A program made the position numbers and the translations under genes. Source: Camelus dromedarius (Eukaryota). Taken from it: a stretch of DNA of 64,000 bases. This document shows, one piece after another, positions 25,511 through 38,250 of this stretch (position 1 is the first letter of the stretch; each line of letters opens with the position of its first letter). The stretch covers positions 47,928,001 through 47,992,000 of the forward strand of contig NC_087436.1 in the NCBI RefSeq assembly GCF_036321535.1, in the 5' to 3' direction. The notes beneath the pieces are model-generated. The model was not told the origin of the DNA. It did no database searches and was given only the letters and a program-made list of their open reading frames with translations.

Positions 25511-25515
<5 letters not shown>
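25037..25515 (+). mobile_element. L1MB-like 3' end nested in the L1MC
   Basis: catagcagcattattcacaata...aaacaacccaaatgt...gtgaaccttgaaaacattatgctaagtgaaataagccagacacaaaag...ggttgcacaa...aatgccactga. Confidence 0.85.

Positions 25516-25571
<56 letters not shown>
25516..25571. repeat. (TA)n(TGTATA)n compound microsatellite derived from the L1 tail
   Basis: tatatata... followed by tgtatatgtatatgtata. Confidence 0.9.
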
Positions 25572-25572
<1 letters not shown>

Positions 25573-26295
25573 AGCCTTTGTGCATAGGTTTTTGTATGAA
25601 TAGAAGCCTTAAATTTCTCTGGGATAAAAGTCCAGGAATGCAATGGCTGGGTTGTATGACAGTAACATTTTTGTTTTTCAAGAAAATGACAAATTGTTTT
25701 CCAGAGTACTATGCATTTTAATTTGCATCACCAATGTTCAATCCAGGTTGTCTGCACCCTTACCAAAATTTGATGTTGTCACTAATTTTTCAAAAATTTT
25801 TAACCATACTGATAGGTGTACTGATACTGCATTGTGGTTCTAATTTGCATTTCCCTAATAATCAATAATGTTGAACATCTTTTCAGATGCATTTTGCTAA
25901 TCTGTATATCTTCAGTGAAATGTCTCTTCATGTCTTCTGCCTACTTTATAACTGGGTTGTTTGCTTTTTGACTGTTGACTTTTTAGAGTTCTTTATATGT
26001 TCTACATACTAGACCTTTGTCAGAGATGTAGTTTGCAAGTATTTTCTCCTACTCTGTCACCTGTCTTTTAACAGTGTCTTTCATGGAGCAAACGTTTTAA
26101 ATTTTGATGAGGTCCAATTTATCGTTTTTTGTGTGTGTATGGATTATGTTTTGGTGTCAAGTCTAAGAACTCTTTGCCTAGTCCTAAATCCCCAAGTCTT
26201 CTACTACTTTTTTTCCCTCCAAACTTTATAGTTTTACATTTAAACGTATGATTCATTTTGAGTGAATTTTTGTATAAGGTGTAAAATTTAGGTCC

Positions 26296-26383
26296 GGGGG
26301 CTAGGGGGTGTAGCTCAGTGGCAGAGCACATGCTTGGCATGCACAAGGTCCTGGGTTCAAACCCCAGTGCCTCTGTTAAGGGG

Positions 26384-26421
<38 letters not shown>

Positions 26422-26448
26422 TCTAGAAGCTCAAAAAAAAAAAAAAAA
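26296..26448 (+). mobile_element. tRNA-derived SINE of the camelid Vic-1 type
   Basis: A box tagctcagtgg, B box ggttcaaacc, tRNA-Ala-like head (gcacatgcttggcatgcacaaggtcctgggttc), internal (TA)n, poly(A) tail, TSD atttaggtcc (26286-26295 and 26450-26459). Confidence 0.85.
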
Positions 26449-29400
26449 GATTTAGGTCCAGATTATTATTATTTTCCCTATGGATATCCAGTTGCTTTTG
26501 CACCACTTGTTGGAAAGACTATCCTTGCTCCATCAATTTTTTTTAATTACCCTAAAATAATACCTCTTTCTTCCTCCTTCCCTCACTCCTTCCCTTCTCC
26601 TTTCTCTTCTGCTGCTCTTTTACATAATGTCCAGCGTCTTTACCATGGCTGGTTTTCTTCCTGTAAACAGAGGTTTCAGCACCTTTGCACTATGAGGTTT
26701 GATGATTAACACATCTGTGGAAGGCACAAATTTATATTTTCTTATGTATTTACAAAACAGCTAAATCGGCATCTTTGTACTTTCATAATTGTCATGTTAA
26801 TTAATAAGCGGAAGAGGTGGAGACAGGTAAAACATTTCAGTCCTCTTTGTTGTACTATGTACTGACATACTCAGTGTCAGCAGCCTCAGTTCATGGGGGT
26901 TTATTTCTGCTCTCTTCGTATTAGGAGCACCAGGAACTCAGGAAGCACAAGTGATTTTCTAGTTAGGAAAAGTGATGAGAGCAGTCACTTATGCAAACAG
27001 GTCCCATCCATTCCTTCTTCCCTCCCTCCCTCCCTCCCTTGTCCTTCTACAAATAGTTAATAAATACCTGGGAGTAATATGTTGCACTGAGTAAACAGGT
27101 CTTTGCTTTCACAGAGGTTTTTTTTTTTTTTAGTGAAGGAGGAAGAAAATAAGTAATTAAATGAAATAATCACAGATGAGGATAAATGCCATTTCATGAA
27201 GTTTGATCAGCATCATACATTGAAATACTCCAAATCTTTGAATATTAGTTGTGTTAATTATAATAGAATTACAGAATGTGTCACTGGAGTTATGTTAGTG
27301 CTGAATTCAGTGATGACATTGTGTTGACTGGCCCCATATTTACTGAGTATAACAACAGTCCTAGTTGCTGCTCTATTCCTAAAGAAAAGAATTGCATAAA
27401 TTTTGATTTCCAAGATTTTATAATTTAGCTGAAGAGATACGAATATACATAAACACACAAATATTTAAAGATATGTCATATAAAGAGAATAAATAATAAA
27501 AAAGGTGAAAAACCAAAAATAGGCCAGTGAGGAGAAAAGTCCCTTGCCTTAGGAATAATCATGGAAATGCATCACTGAGCAACATCATAAAGATGGGCTT
27601 TGCAACCAACCTTAAAGAGGAGACAGGGTTTCAAATAATCAAAGACCATGGAGGAGGCAAAGGACAATGAAGTGATGACCCTAAGAAAGGCTCAGCATGG
27701 AGAGAGAACATGACTCCTCCGGGTCAATAATGATAGAAAGACCAGTCTGACATCACAGTTTAAAAAGTAGGAGATCCAAATAGCAGGGGAACAAACGCAT
27801 GGGAATGCATTTTGGATGCTCGTGGAAAGATGCTTATTTATACCTAGACCCTATGCTCGCAACAGCTTCTAAAAGAACTCAAAGGTTCAGGCTTTGGATC
27901 AGATGGAAGAATGTTTTCATTCCTGTAATAGCTTTTTAAGTTTTCCAAGTGAGGAACGGGTAAAATGGTTTTCTAAGAGAAATTTCTATTTTCCCAATTA
28001 AAGGCTAGAAATATTTGCATAATGTGGCAACATGAAATTACAGTAATTTGCTAATTCAATTCACTTAAAAAAAAAAATCAGACCGTTCCGTTATGAATCC
28101 ACAGGGCACCATTTTGCTTTACTCTGATTGCATCCATTTTTCCAGTATTGGCTGGGCCTCTACTAAGAGCAGTCAGTCAACACCTGAAATAATTCCTAAG
28201 CTGTTATATGCTGCATCAGCAAAATTACCAGCAGATCCTTTCTACCCCGTTGTCTTCTCAATTGGGCAGCATGTTCGCGAGTTAAGAGTCCTGACCTGCA
28301 TTGAACCCTTGCTCATGTCACTTTAATAATGTTTACTGCATCTTGTGATAAGGATAAAATGAAACCACGTATGTGAATTTTTAAAATTGGCGGAGCCCTA
28401 ATTTAGTGTTATGAGATAACGAACTTCATAGTGGCTTAGATTACCCCCACGTGTCTTACATCTTCCACGTGCCCGGCATGTAGCACCTGGTTGCTCTCAG
28501 AGCATTACTGAGCATAGCAGCAATACCACGGTGCATTTATTTGTACACATAGAATCTGAGTAAGACACTTGTTGATAAATAAATGTTTTATGAACTTATT
28601 TGCAAATAATTTAGCATGTAATTATCCTATTTGATCACAGTAAGTCATTCAGAATAGAAAAGTCATGTTACTTGTATCAAAAAATATATATAAAACAAAC
28701 CCAAAATTCATAGAATTTTGTGTGTAATGCTGAATAAAAGTCCAATTACATAAATTCCACTGGCTTCATTTTATATTTAAGCAGACATGATACATGATAT
28801 AGTAGTCAGCATATAAAATGCAGAATCATCAAGAAGTTTAAGTTTAAAAGGTTTGAGCCTAAACATTTAAGCTAATTTTTTGATAACATATGGATAGATA
28901 TATACATGAGTTTCAAATCACATTGATAGTGAAACAAAATAAACATGTACAGCTACCCAGCAATTGTCTTGTTAAAATTAAAACTTTATTCCAGAGCTCT
29001 TACAGCATCCTACATGGAAAAATAAAGATTCTGTGATACAGACTGGTGTAGCAGAAACTGTAATGCATATGCCAAAATGGAATTTTATGTGTAGGTTTGT
29101 GGATGAATAATTATGAATAATTTAAGACTTATGGTAGTAAAGTGACTAGTTTTATGATTGTCCCCTTATGAATCTCCTTGACCATTTATGTAAGTCTTAT
29201 GTGGTTAAATGTCCAGGTTTAACAAATAAACCAACACCTGGCTACTGTGATGAGAAAAGACAGAAACTGCATCTGTGCATGAGTGCAGCGAATTTGAGTA
29301 AGTCAGTAGTAAGTCTGAGAATAACACAGCATCTGCTGAGTGTGTTACACACTTAGCAGAGCAGATCCTGAGCATGTGCAAGCCCTCGTGGTTGTGGTCA

Positions 29401-29639
29401 GCAACACCGTCTAACAGTGATGTGGAGCTCCTCCTAGGATAAGTCACGAGCATGTAATTTACCATGGAGTGTCCTATTTATGGCACACAGGAGGCTACCT
29501 TGCTGGTCGTTTTTTCCACAGTTATTAAATCTTAGCAGCAGTTAAAATCCAAGATACTCGATGACTTTGCACAATATGACAGGATGCTTCCTACCCTCTT
29601 TCTGTCTTTGAAAAACGGTATTAAGTAATCTAATCAGAA

Positions 29640-29842
29640 CTCAAGAAATGGGGAAAATGTGAGTTTTTGAGCCAGACGAACTTGCCTTCAAATCCTGTGG
29701 CTCTGTATTAATTTTTGTTGGCCAATGTTTTAGTTTTCTGCAGAACAGACGGAATTTTATGTATGTACCTTATATGATCATTTTCAGTATTAAATGAGAT
29801 AATGGATGCAAATATACAATATAATGCCCACTATCTATTAGA
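29640..29842 (+). mobile_element. MIR (degraded)
   Basis: gagccagacgaacttgccttcaaatcctg...attaaatgagataatggatgcaaa. Confidence 0.6.
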
Positions 29843-32289
29843 TACACTCTCTTCCAATCCCAAATCTCTTCACCATTTCCTATCATCCAAGGGGAAATTA
29901 GAAAAGACTCTTTGAGTTTTATAAATTCTCAGAGTAAAAACTTTGAATATTTTTCTACTGGAAATTGATGCTAATTCACACAGGAAGAATGTGATAGCTT
30001 CTCAGATACTGGTACCTGTAAGAAAAAGCCAGCAACTGTTCGAACTTTATATATGTTATGATTTTAACCCATACGTTAATAAATACCCTATCTGGTAGAT
30101 ATTATTATAAGCATTTGGCAGGTGCTTATAATAATCATGAGGTAAAAGTACCAACTTCCTTATATTGGCCTTATTACAAGAATGCAAGCTTGGCAAGAAG
30201 ACATTTACCTTCCTTGTATTTTAACGTTTGCTCTGTACTTAATAGGTAGCCAAGAAACATTCACTGATTCTGTTTTTCCTTGAGAATTTTCATTGCTAAA
30301 CCCAGGAAGATGACAGCGTAGAGACTCTGTTTTTCTGATCCAAGTACAAATCAAGCTCTAGGTAGTTAGTGAAAAAGCAAGAGTTTGGCTCTGTAATTTG
30401 TGACTAACCTTGATAAATGTTGCTTCTATGATCTGGTTTGTTCATTTATGTAAAGATGGGGTGTGGGGGTGGGGCAGACATGAAGAAATAGAGGTGGCAG
30501 AGGAAGGAGGGTGACACAATTCTCCAGGTCCTCAGGTGTGAGAAATTACTAGTGAACTAGCCTTGAAATACTCGTAGTGCATTTCAGGGGTTGCCTTGAA
30601 AAAGGTCTATCAGCAATAAAATTTCTCACAGCATCTCCAGCCTGGAACCCCTGCTCCTCTAGACCTATGCTAGCGTCACCAATGAGTGGGTGCTCCATTA
30701 CAATGGGTTTAGAACATCAAAGGAAATTGTGTCAGGTTGCTACGTCTGGACTATTTTCAGGGGTGGAAAATAAAATAATGAGGATACCAACCGGGCCACC
30801 CACTGCAAAATGTGGGTGACCAAATAAGCCAATGGAACCTCTAATGAGTATTTACTCCAAAGGACTCTGCATGTAAACTACTTCCAGACTGATGTGGTGC
30901 CAAGCTTAGAGGATTAAGTCTTTCAATGGCTTTTGTTGATCAGGAGCCAAGGCATTTAGGAACAAAGGAGGGGGTCCCTTTATTAAACATATCAAGAATA
31001 TTACTTTCAGACAAGAATGCAAAGAATGGATCAAAGCACGCCATAAAATAGACAGAAGACAGTAGAAATAAGCAGTAACAGCATCGTTCATACTCTGGAT
31101 TTAAGACGATTTTGTTAAGGCATTATTTTTCAGAAGACTTTAAAGCATTGCTTACCATTTATGTGGTCTGGCCTACATTATAGGTAGTTGTGTACAGTAC
31201 ATGTCTTTGGTTTTAATGATCTTGAGAGCAGGGGTTTCTCTGCTCTGTCTCATCAGTTTGCGCCACTCATCTTCTGGTCCTTGGCTCCTGCAGCACTAAG
31301 CCAAGTACAGATATAAGTTATTTAATAATTATTTTTGAAATATATTAAATTGAATTTACAGCTACTATTGCTTTAGTAATATAGAAAGCACGAGGAGAAA
31401 CATCATGTTTTCTTTCTTTTGAAGAGATAAACCTGTAATACAAAGAATTTGCATGTCTAGAGGGAATAGCTCAATATCACTTAGAAAGTTAGTGGCGGGG
31501 TTTATCCTGGCCCAGGGATCTTGTGTATCTCAAACTAATCAAATCCCCCAAAGCAATGCAAATGACAGGGTACATATGGAAAATCACATTCTCTGTATGT
31601 TTACTCAGAGAAAACACAAAGCCAGAAAATGTTTGCACGCTGTGACAAAAGTCAGTGCTAGAACAGATTCTAAAATGGCCACCCAAACAAATGTTTACTT
31701 CTGTAAAGCAAAGCAAAACAAAACAAAACCTAATTGGGTATTTTAAAAGTTTGAAATATAACAACAGTTATTTGATTCTTTTTTTTTTTCTTCTGTTTCC
31801 AAATAGTTGGGTAAACATTTCAGAAATTTTACCTTTCTGGTCCTTCTCAAAGGAGAGGTCCATTGCATTTTACAGCAAGATTTTATAGCAGAAACACTGT
31901 CCGATGTAAATTGTGGCCACCAGTTTCTCCTGCCTTAGGTACAAGGTAGCCATGTGGTATTTGGAGTTGGCTTGCAATTTTGGAACTGCTCCGTCTGAAT
32001 TGAAAGATTTTTCTGATGATGATCAGCATTGCCAGTTTTGCCAGTCCTAACATTCTGTGGGTTCATTAGGCCCTCTGCAGATACAGCAGTTGAAAAACTA
32101 GACCAGAGCAATAAAAATAAGCTTGAGTTTTGACCAAAAGCAGTGAATATTTGTTGAGTCAGTCATTTGGTTCTATAATAGCAAGAGGGACTGCCAGCTG
32201 AGATACTCTTGATGGGTGCCATGGGTAAAGGAGGTGGAGCTGTGATGATAATCCATGCCGCCGCTGATGATGATGATAGGAATGGTGAT

Positions 32290-32682
32290 AGTAACAGCTA
32301 CTGTTGAGTACTTGCTCTGTGCCAAGCATTTTTCTAAGAATCTTACATACATTGTCTCACCGGATATTTACAATGATAATGGCAAAAATAGATGACTATT
32401 ACTCTTTTCTAAACGGACTACAGTTGCATGCCTGTAGTATTCATACAGCTTCTAAAATGTTTATTTATACTCTTAACAGTCCCATATAGTGCCAGACAAT
32501 GTTCTCATTTCTCTACATGATTAACTCACTCAGTCCTCACAATAGCCCTATGAAGTAGGTAGCAATACTGTCCCTATTTCATAATATGAAAATTGAAGTT
32601 AAATACACTGTTGAAGGTCATGCATCTCAAAAGTGGTTAGAACTGTGATTCAAACCCCAGCCACCCGGCTCAAGCACGCTTA
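32290..32682 (-). mobile_element. Two MIR fragments
   Basis: gttgagtacttgctctgtgccaagca...; gtgccagacaatgttct...cagtcctcacaatagccctatgaagtagg...gattcaaacccca. Confidence 0.7.
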
Positions 32683-33590
32683 AGTGTGACCCAAACTCAA
32701 AAACACGTGCTCTGAGGAAAAAATGACAGCGGTTGGGTTTTCATAAAGTTCTGTCCAACTCAATATCCCTGACACCATGTTAGGCATCTCCCTCCTTCCT
32801 TCTGTGTCCAGCTCTGGAGTAGAAATAGGAAGTTCTCCAGGTCTTATGCCTCTGGGGTGGGGGTTCCACATAGTGGATTTGAGAGGAAGATTGGAATGAT
32901 GTGGGTGGAGGGGATTTCTGACCAGTTTAAACTCCTGGGGGTACTTCTGTGCTCTTGAGGACTCTGTGTCTTCCTTTGGTTGGCCTTTTCCTTTACTACC
33001 ACCAGTAAGTTCCAAGTTTTTTTCTCTCTCCTATATTCTTTAGTTCAGAAAGTGATAGACTGTATCTCACACTTAAAGCAAGCACTCAAACTTCATCAAA
33101 AACTTTCAAAATTTCTATTGCCAGGGACCAAAAGTCCCCAGAAAGATTGAGAGTATATCAGAAGGGAAATACATCCCTCTTTTTTTTTTTAAACTGTCCT
33201 CCCCTCCCTGCCCCACCCTCTGTCCCATCCCCCATTTAAACATTACAATTGGTCCAAGTTATGTAATTGATTTTCAGAATAAAGCTTTTTGGGGGTTGTA
33301 ATTCTGGAGTCAGCAGGGGGTTGTATATCTGGGGAGAGAGCTAGGAAACATGGGAGCAGATAGATGAGGGACAGAAGAGGCCTTAGCACTACGGAGAGAG
33401 TAGGTCCTGGAAGCAGGGGAGCCCAGGAAAACTGTCCTGGAGAAGGAGAAGTGGGAGCATGTGGGATGGCTCTGGGAGATAAGGTGGGGAAGAGGCATCC
33501 CAAACCGGAGCCTAATGGTTTGAGCAAAGGCAAAGTGAGGGAAGCCAGGCTTCAGTTTTCAGCAAAGATCATGAAACTGCTTCTTTGTGA

Positions 33591-34063
33591 TGTTGACTGA
33601 AATAAATGCACAGCCTAAAAGTTGAGAGTAACGTTTTACTCGGTGGACCATTCTGAGGACCCAGCCCAGGATGACAGCCTCTCAGATTGCTCTGGGGGAT
33701 TGCGAAGAGGTAGGAGAGGAGCTAGGATATATAGGAGCTTTACAACACAGACCAGGTAGTTGGAACATTAAAAGATTACCTGTTATCTAAAGAAAACCAG
33801 ACATCTCAAGTTAAAGAATTTAGCACTTTTCTATAAACAGGAGGAAGGAAACATTTGGGCTCTTTGAATTCATTCCTTTGACGAGCATCTAGCTATCTAG
33901 AGCCAGTATCCTGTCCTTTCTTATTCTGAGTCCCCTCAGAGTGCACCCTTGTGAGTGGCTGCAGAGGCTGGGCTGCAGGCTTGTCTTCACTGGGGGTGGT
34001 GGCAGCCGCTGATGACTTGATGGCTTCAGCATTCTTTGTTTACTGAAATGGTTTTCGTTCACA
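33591..34063 (-). mobile_element. ERV1-class solo LTR (MER41-like, artiodactyl type)
   Basis: 473 bp bounded by TG...CA (tgttgac...gttcaca); 4-bp TSD gtga/gtgg; minus-strand TATA-like box (cctatatatcc) and downstream AGTAAA; body cagcctctcagattgctctg...agaaaaccagacatctcaagtt...gaatttagcacttttct resembles MER41-like LTRs. Confidence 0.75.
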
Positions 34064-35079
34064 GTGGTAATTGATTTCTTAACTTAAGAAAAAAGAAGAA
34101 CAAAAAGCATAAATCAGCCTTATCCTCCAGGAACCTAGCACTCAACCTAATTCCAGAAAGGAACTGGGATTTGTTTTAGGTCAAAGGCTAAAATTTCTTC
34201 TTGAGTACTTCTGTTTTACTCTGGGAGTATCTCTAAGTTGACCAGTCACGCTTCTGCGAAATTCACATTGGCAATGTGCGAAAGGGAGGAAGAATAGGAC
34301 CGTATATCTTGAGGGAGTGTCTTTTTATCTTCTCTTCGGTGGGGGAGTCTATAATACTAACTCCTTTCCTCTTAACCTGAAGGAACTACAACCAGAGCCA
34401 GCTCTTCAATTTTCTGTAAACCCCATGTGTGACAAGAGCTCAGGAATCTTGCCAACACATTCAAAGCCAAACTGCCCCAAAAGCCATATGGAAAATGAAG
34501 ACTCAGTGATCTCACTATGCAGCCCATTTTATGCATTACACGTATTTCCACTGTCTCTTGGGCACGCTGTGTTTCACAGCAACTTTAATTAAAAGTAAAT
34601 GTAATATTTGCAATAATGTTAAGACTATGAAGCAACGTCCCATCATGTAGACACCTGCTTTAAATCTTAATCACAATCAAGACCTCCTCAGTGGAGAGAG
34701 AAAAGAAAATGATTTGTGTGTGTGTGTGTGTGCATGCACACACACTACTGTGCTAGAGGAAGAGCTGATATGGTTGGGTCACTTTAAGCAAGTTGCTTAA
34801 CTGTTAAGGCTTTGTTAATCCCCATCTGTAAAAATGACAAAAGCAACCAAAATGAGTCCAGAAAAAGTTGAGGCGCCTCAGCCATGGATGGGGGCTCTAT
34901 TTGACTTAGGTATCTCCAAATCTTGTACCTCCACTATGTCTCTCTCTCTGAGGTTTCCTTCCCTCTCTTTCCTCCCTCCTCCTTCCATTTCTTCTTTCTT
35001 TCAACATGTATTTATCAACTTTATTAAGTGCCAAGCATTGTGTTCAAGGTATGTAACAAAATCTCCTGCAACAGGGATT

Positions 35080-35410
35080 TCACACAAACCGTTTCCACTT
35101 TCTGGAACTTTTCTTCAGCCTGGTTCTCCCTTCAACTAGATAACTCCTGGGTACCCTTCAGATCTCAGCTCAAATGTCACTTGTTTGGAAAAGCTTTCTC
35201 TGGATGAGGTTCTTTTGCTGTGTCCTGCCACACCTTGCCGCATTCATTTATCTAAGTTGATCCTAGTATTTGGTTAATCTCTACTCCATCAAGCAGCCAG
35301 CTCCATGAGAGCAAACACTGTCCACCACTGAAGCCAGCGCCTCCCACAGTCCCTGATAAGGGCCCAATATTTATTATTTGAATGAATGAGTGATTGAATA
35401 AATGAATGAA
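35080..35410 (+). mobile_element. L2 3' end
   Basis: cccttcagatctcagctcaaatgtcact...agctccatgagagca...tttgaatgaatgagtgattgaataaatgaatgaat. Confidence 0.75.
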
Positions 35411-36813
35411 TCCACTGAGAAAATTCATTGTCATCAATTCTTGTCCTTATCAGTTATTGTAAAGCTTCCATAAAGCAGTCCTCCTTTACAATTAAAAAAA
35501 AAAGTGTACTTTTCTAATATACAAATAGACTACACTAATGAAATGAAGATAATTCTTTGAAGACAGTGTCTTATTGTGACATTTCTTCTACTTGAAATCT
35601 ATTATTAACCGGAAACCTGCAGCTGAAAAGCCTGGTAGTTCTGAGACAGCCTCCGGAGAATTACGACTTCCAGGCTCTTCATTAAAATGCATATTGTTTA
35701 AAGAAAGAACGCAGAGGCTTACAATATGCTTTTTCAAACAGGACTATTTGTGAACAATGGTCAAGACATTTCATTTACTTCCGTTAACAGATGAGATTTA
35801 AATAAAAAACACACATACATTCTTGGGAAAATTGGAATGGTTGAAAATTTAGAAGGGGTGGAGAGTTAGCTACTAATGAGAATACCCTCCCAGGAAATTA
35901 ATTAAGTTGGTACTCAGTTGCAGAATTCGTGACTGGAGTTGAGAGTAATGCTATATAAATTTTGGCCTATAATGTATATTTCCATATAAATTCCATTGTG
36001 TGAAAAGTGTGTGATAAAAATGAATGGATTGCATGCTTTTCTTTAAACTCGGAGTCTGATATTATGTCACAAAAGGCAACTTTTACTAGAGACAGTATGA
36101 TAGCCAGGTTTTTTTTTGTTGGCAATTTATTGTGTTAAATTACTGCTTGGTCTTTATCTCATAATTCCAACAACCTTACAGTATAAATTATCTATGACTT
36201 ATTACAAACATCTAAACCTAAGTTCATTTGAAACTATGCACTTAAAAGCCTTTACATTTTCCAAAATTATTTTAAATCCTAAATTACTGTATTTATCACT
36301 GGATTCTTCACTGGACTTCAACAACTTCTCTGTGGTATAAATATTTTTTGAAAGAGAATGGAAAGAATTATATAAACAATTAAAAACAAGTCAAGTAGGT
36401 TACATGTATTAGATTTTATTTTTGGTGAGATGCTCCAAACAGTTTTTATTGCTTTCTAATTGAGAAGACCTATATAACTCTTGACTTTGACATTCTTGGG
36501 AAACCTATTCCTGTCAAACTTAGAAATAACTCATTAGGCTCACAAAAAGTTATGTCGCCGAAGTTTTGACACAATGGCTGATATTAGCTATTCCAAGAAA
36601 TAAGAAAGAAGTTTTAATTATCTGGATATTGACAAAATGAAGGTATAGTTCTATTTTGTTTTGAAAATTGCTTCCTTAGTGGTATTTAAATGTCAAGAAA
36701 CAAAATTTATAAGACATAAAGGAAATAGGACTTAAATATAAGAAAAATGTGGAAGGAAAAAAAGTTCCTCTTTTACTTTTATTCTATTTGAAATCAAGTA
36801 GGTTGAGTGATAC

Positions 36814-37296
36814 AGTTTTAGTCAGGGTTTTCCAAAGAAACAGAACCAATAAGAGAGACCCATAATATATTTGTAAATATAGGTAGAATATAGATCTGTA
36901 TGTCTGCATATCTATATCTGCTTCTCTCTACCTACCTACCTACCTACTTAATCTCTCCTATCTACCTATCTATATTTTAAAGGAAATTGACTCACATGAT
37001 TGTGGGACTGGAAGGTCAGAAATCTGTGGGCTGGAAACTCATGAAACCTTGCAGTTTTCTGGCAGAATTTCTTCTCTGGGAAACCTCAGGTTTTGCTCTT
37101 AAGGCCTTTCAACTGATTGGATGAGGCCCTGCCACGTTACCAAGGGTAGTCTCCCTTACTTAAAGTCAACTGATTGTAGGTGTTAACCACATAATCTACA
37201 ACATACCTGCACACAGCATCCAGAAAAGTCAGTGTTTGATTAAATAACTCAGTACGTTAGCCTGCCAACGCTGACAACATAAAGCAAGCAATCACA
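36814..37296 (-). mobile_element. ERVL solo LTR, MLT2C/D-like
   Basis: ttagtcagggttttccaaagaaacagaaccaata...aaggaaattgactcacatgattgtggg...aactgattggatgaggccc...ttaaagtcaactgatt...gacaacataaa...atcaca. Confidence 0.85.
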
Positions 37297-37509
37297 GCAC
37301 CAGGTTGCTGACTGATCTCTAGCTTTCTTAGCTGCCCCTTGCTGGCAATTCAATTCATACTCTTAATTTAAACTGCTGGTACTTGTGGTAATTATCCTTT
37401 CTTCTTTCAGTTGTTCATGCTTAATCATTTTGCTGAATATTGGTACATTCGTCCGGGAATCACAAAGAGGAGAGTAAATAAAGCTCCCTCTATCCATCCG
37501 TGTACTTAA

Positions 37510-37945
37510 TCAGTAGGTCAAGTACACAAGACTCCTTTGGCAGTTTGGTGAAAATTGGGGAACCTTTTCAGAACAATGTTTAAATAAAATAGTAGAACTA
37601 AAAGGAACACTATTTATATTGAAATACGATTAACCAAATTTGTGATGTAATAATATATGTGTTGATTTATATATTAAATAATAAGACCTAGCTGTAGGTT
37701 TAATAGGTACCATAATTTTTAAATGGTGATGAGTGGAAACAGTATTTTGAGATCTAGAAATAACTGTAATGTGATATGAAGAGATCTATGATTTCTATTG
37801 TTGACAAAGTCACAGATACTGCTAACACCACTGTGATCCATCAGGTACATTCACAATTGAAGGACATGGAGTTAGAAGTTAGTGAAAATAAAGATGTCAT
37901 GTTTTTCCAACAAAGTTCAGAGACTTCTGGTAAGAACTGGTCCAC
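37510..37945. mobile_element. MER119-like hAT-Charlie element
   Basis: cctttggcagtttggtgaa...aaatttgtgatgtaataatatatgtg...actgtaatgtgatatgaa...tgacaaagtcacagatactgctaa...agttagtgaaaataaagatg. Confidence 0.7.
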
Positions 37946-38039
37946 TGTTTGATGAGAAAAGAGAAAAAAAGATGGTTTGTCTAACTGAGACTTAGAGATT
38001 ATCTATGGATTTAATTTCTCAAGCTTTGTCCTGATGACA

Positions 38040-38250
38040 AGAATAATAACAGCAGTAGCTAAACACAGCAATTATTAAGTCAGACATTGTTCTACATGCT
38101 TTAAATATGACTCGTCACCTCATTCTTAGAAAAACTCCATGAGGTAAGATTTTACAGATGCACAGAGAGGTGAAGTAACTTGTCTCAAGGCACACAGTTT
38201 TACAAGGGATGGAGCCAAGTCCATCATGGTCTTTTAACTATTGTTCTATG
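38040..38250 (-). mobile_element. MIR
   Basis: gtcagacattgttcta...ttttacagatgcacagagaggtgaagtaacttgtctcaaggcacacag. Confidence 0.75.

Larger units (their letters stand above)
24553..26535 (-). mobile_element. Old L1MC-like 3' region, interrupted by two insertions
   Basis: ataattatagattcaca...cttgcaaaactatagt...tcacaaccagga...tgacatt is an L1MC1/2 3' end; it resumes after 25570 with taatttgcatttccctaat...gttgaacatcttttca and ends near cttttgcaccacttgttggaaagact. Confidence 0.8.

Noticed and set aside
26296..26375. tRNA-Ala gene
   Set aside because: The poly(A) tail, TSD and imperfect acceptor stem indicate a SINE.
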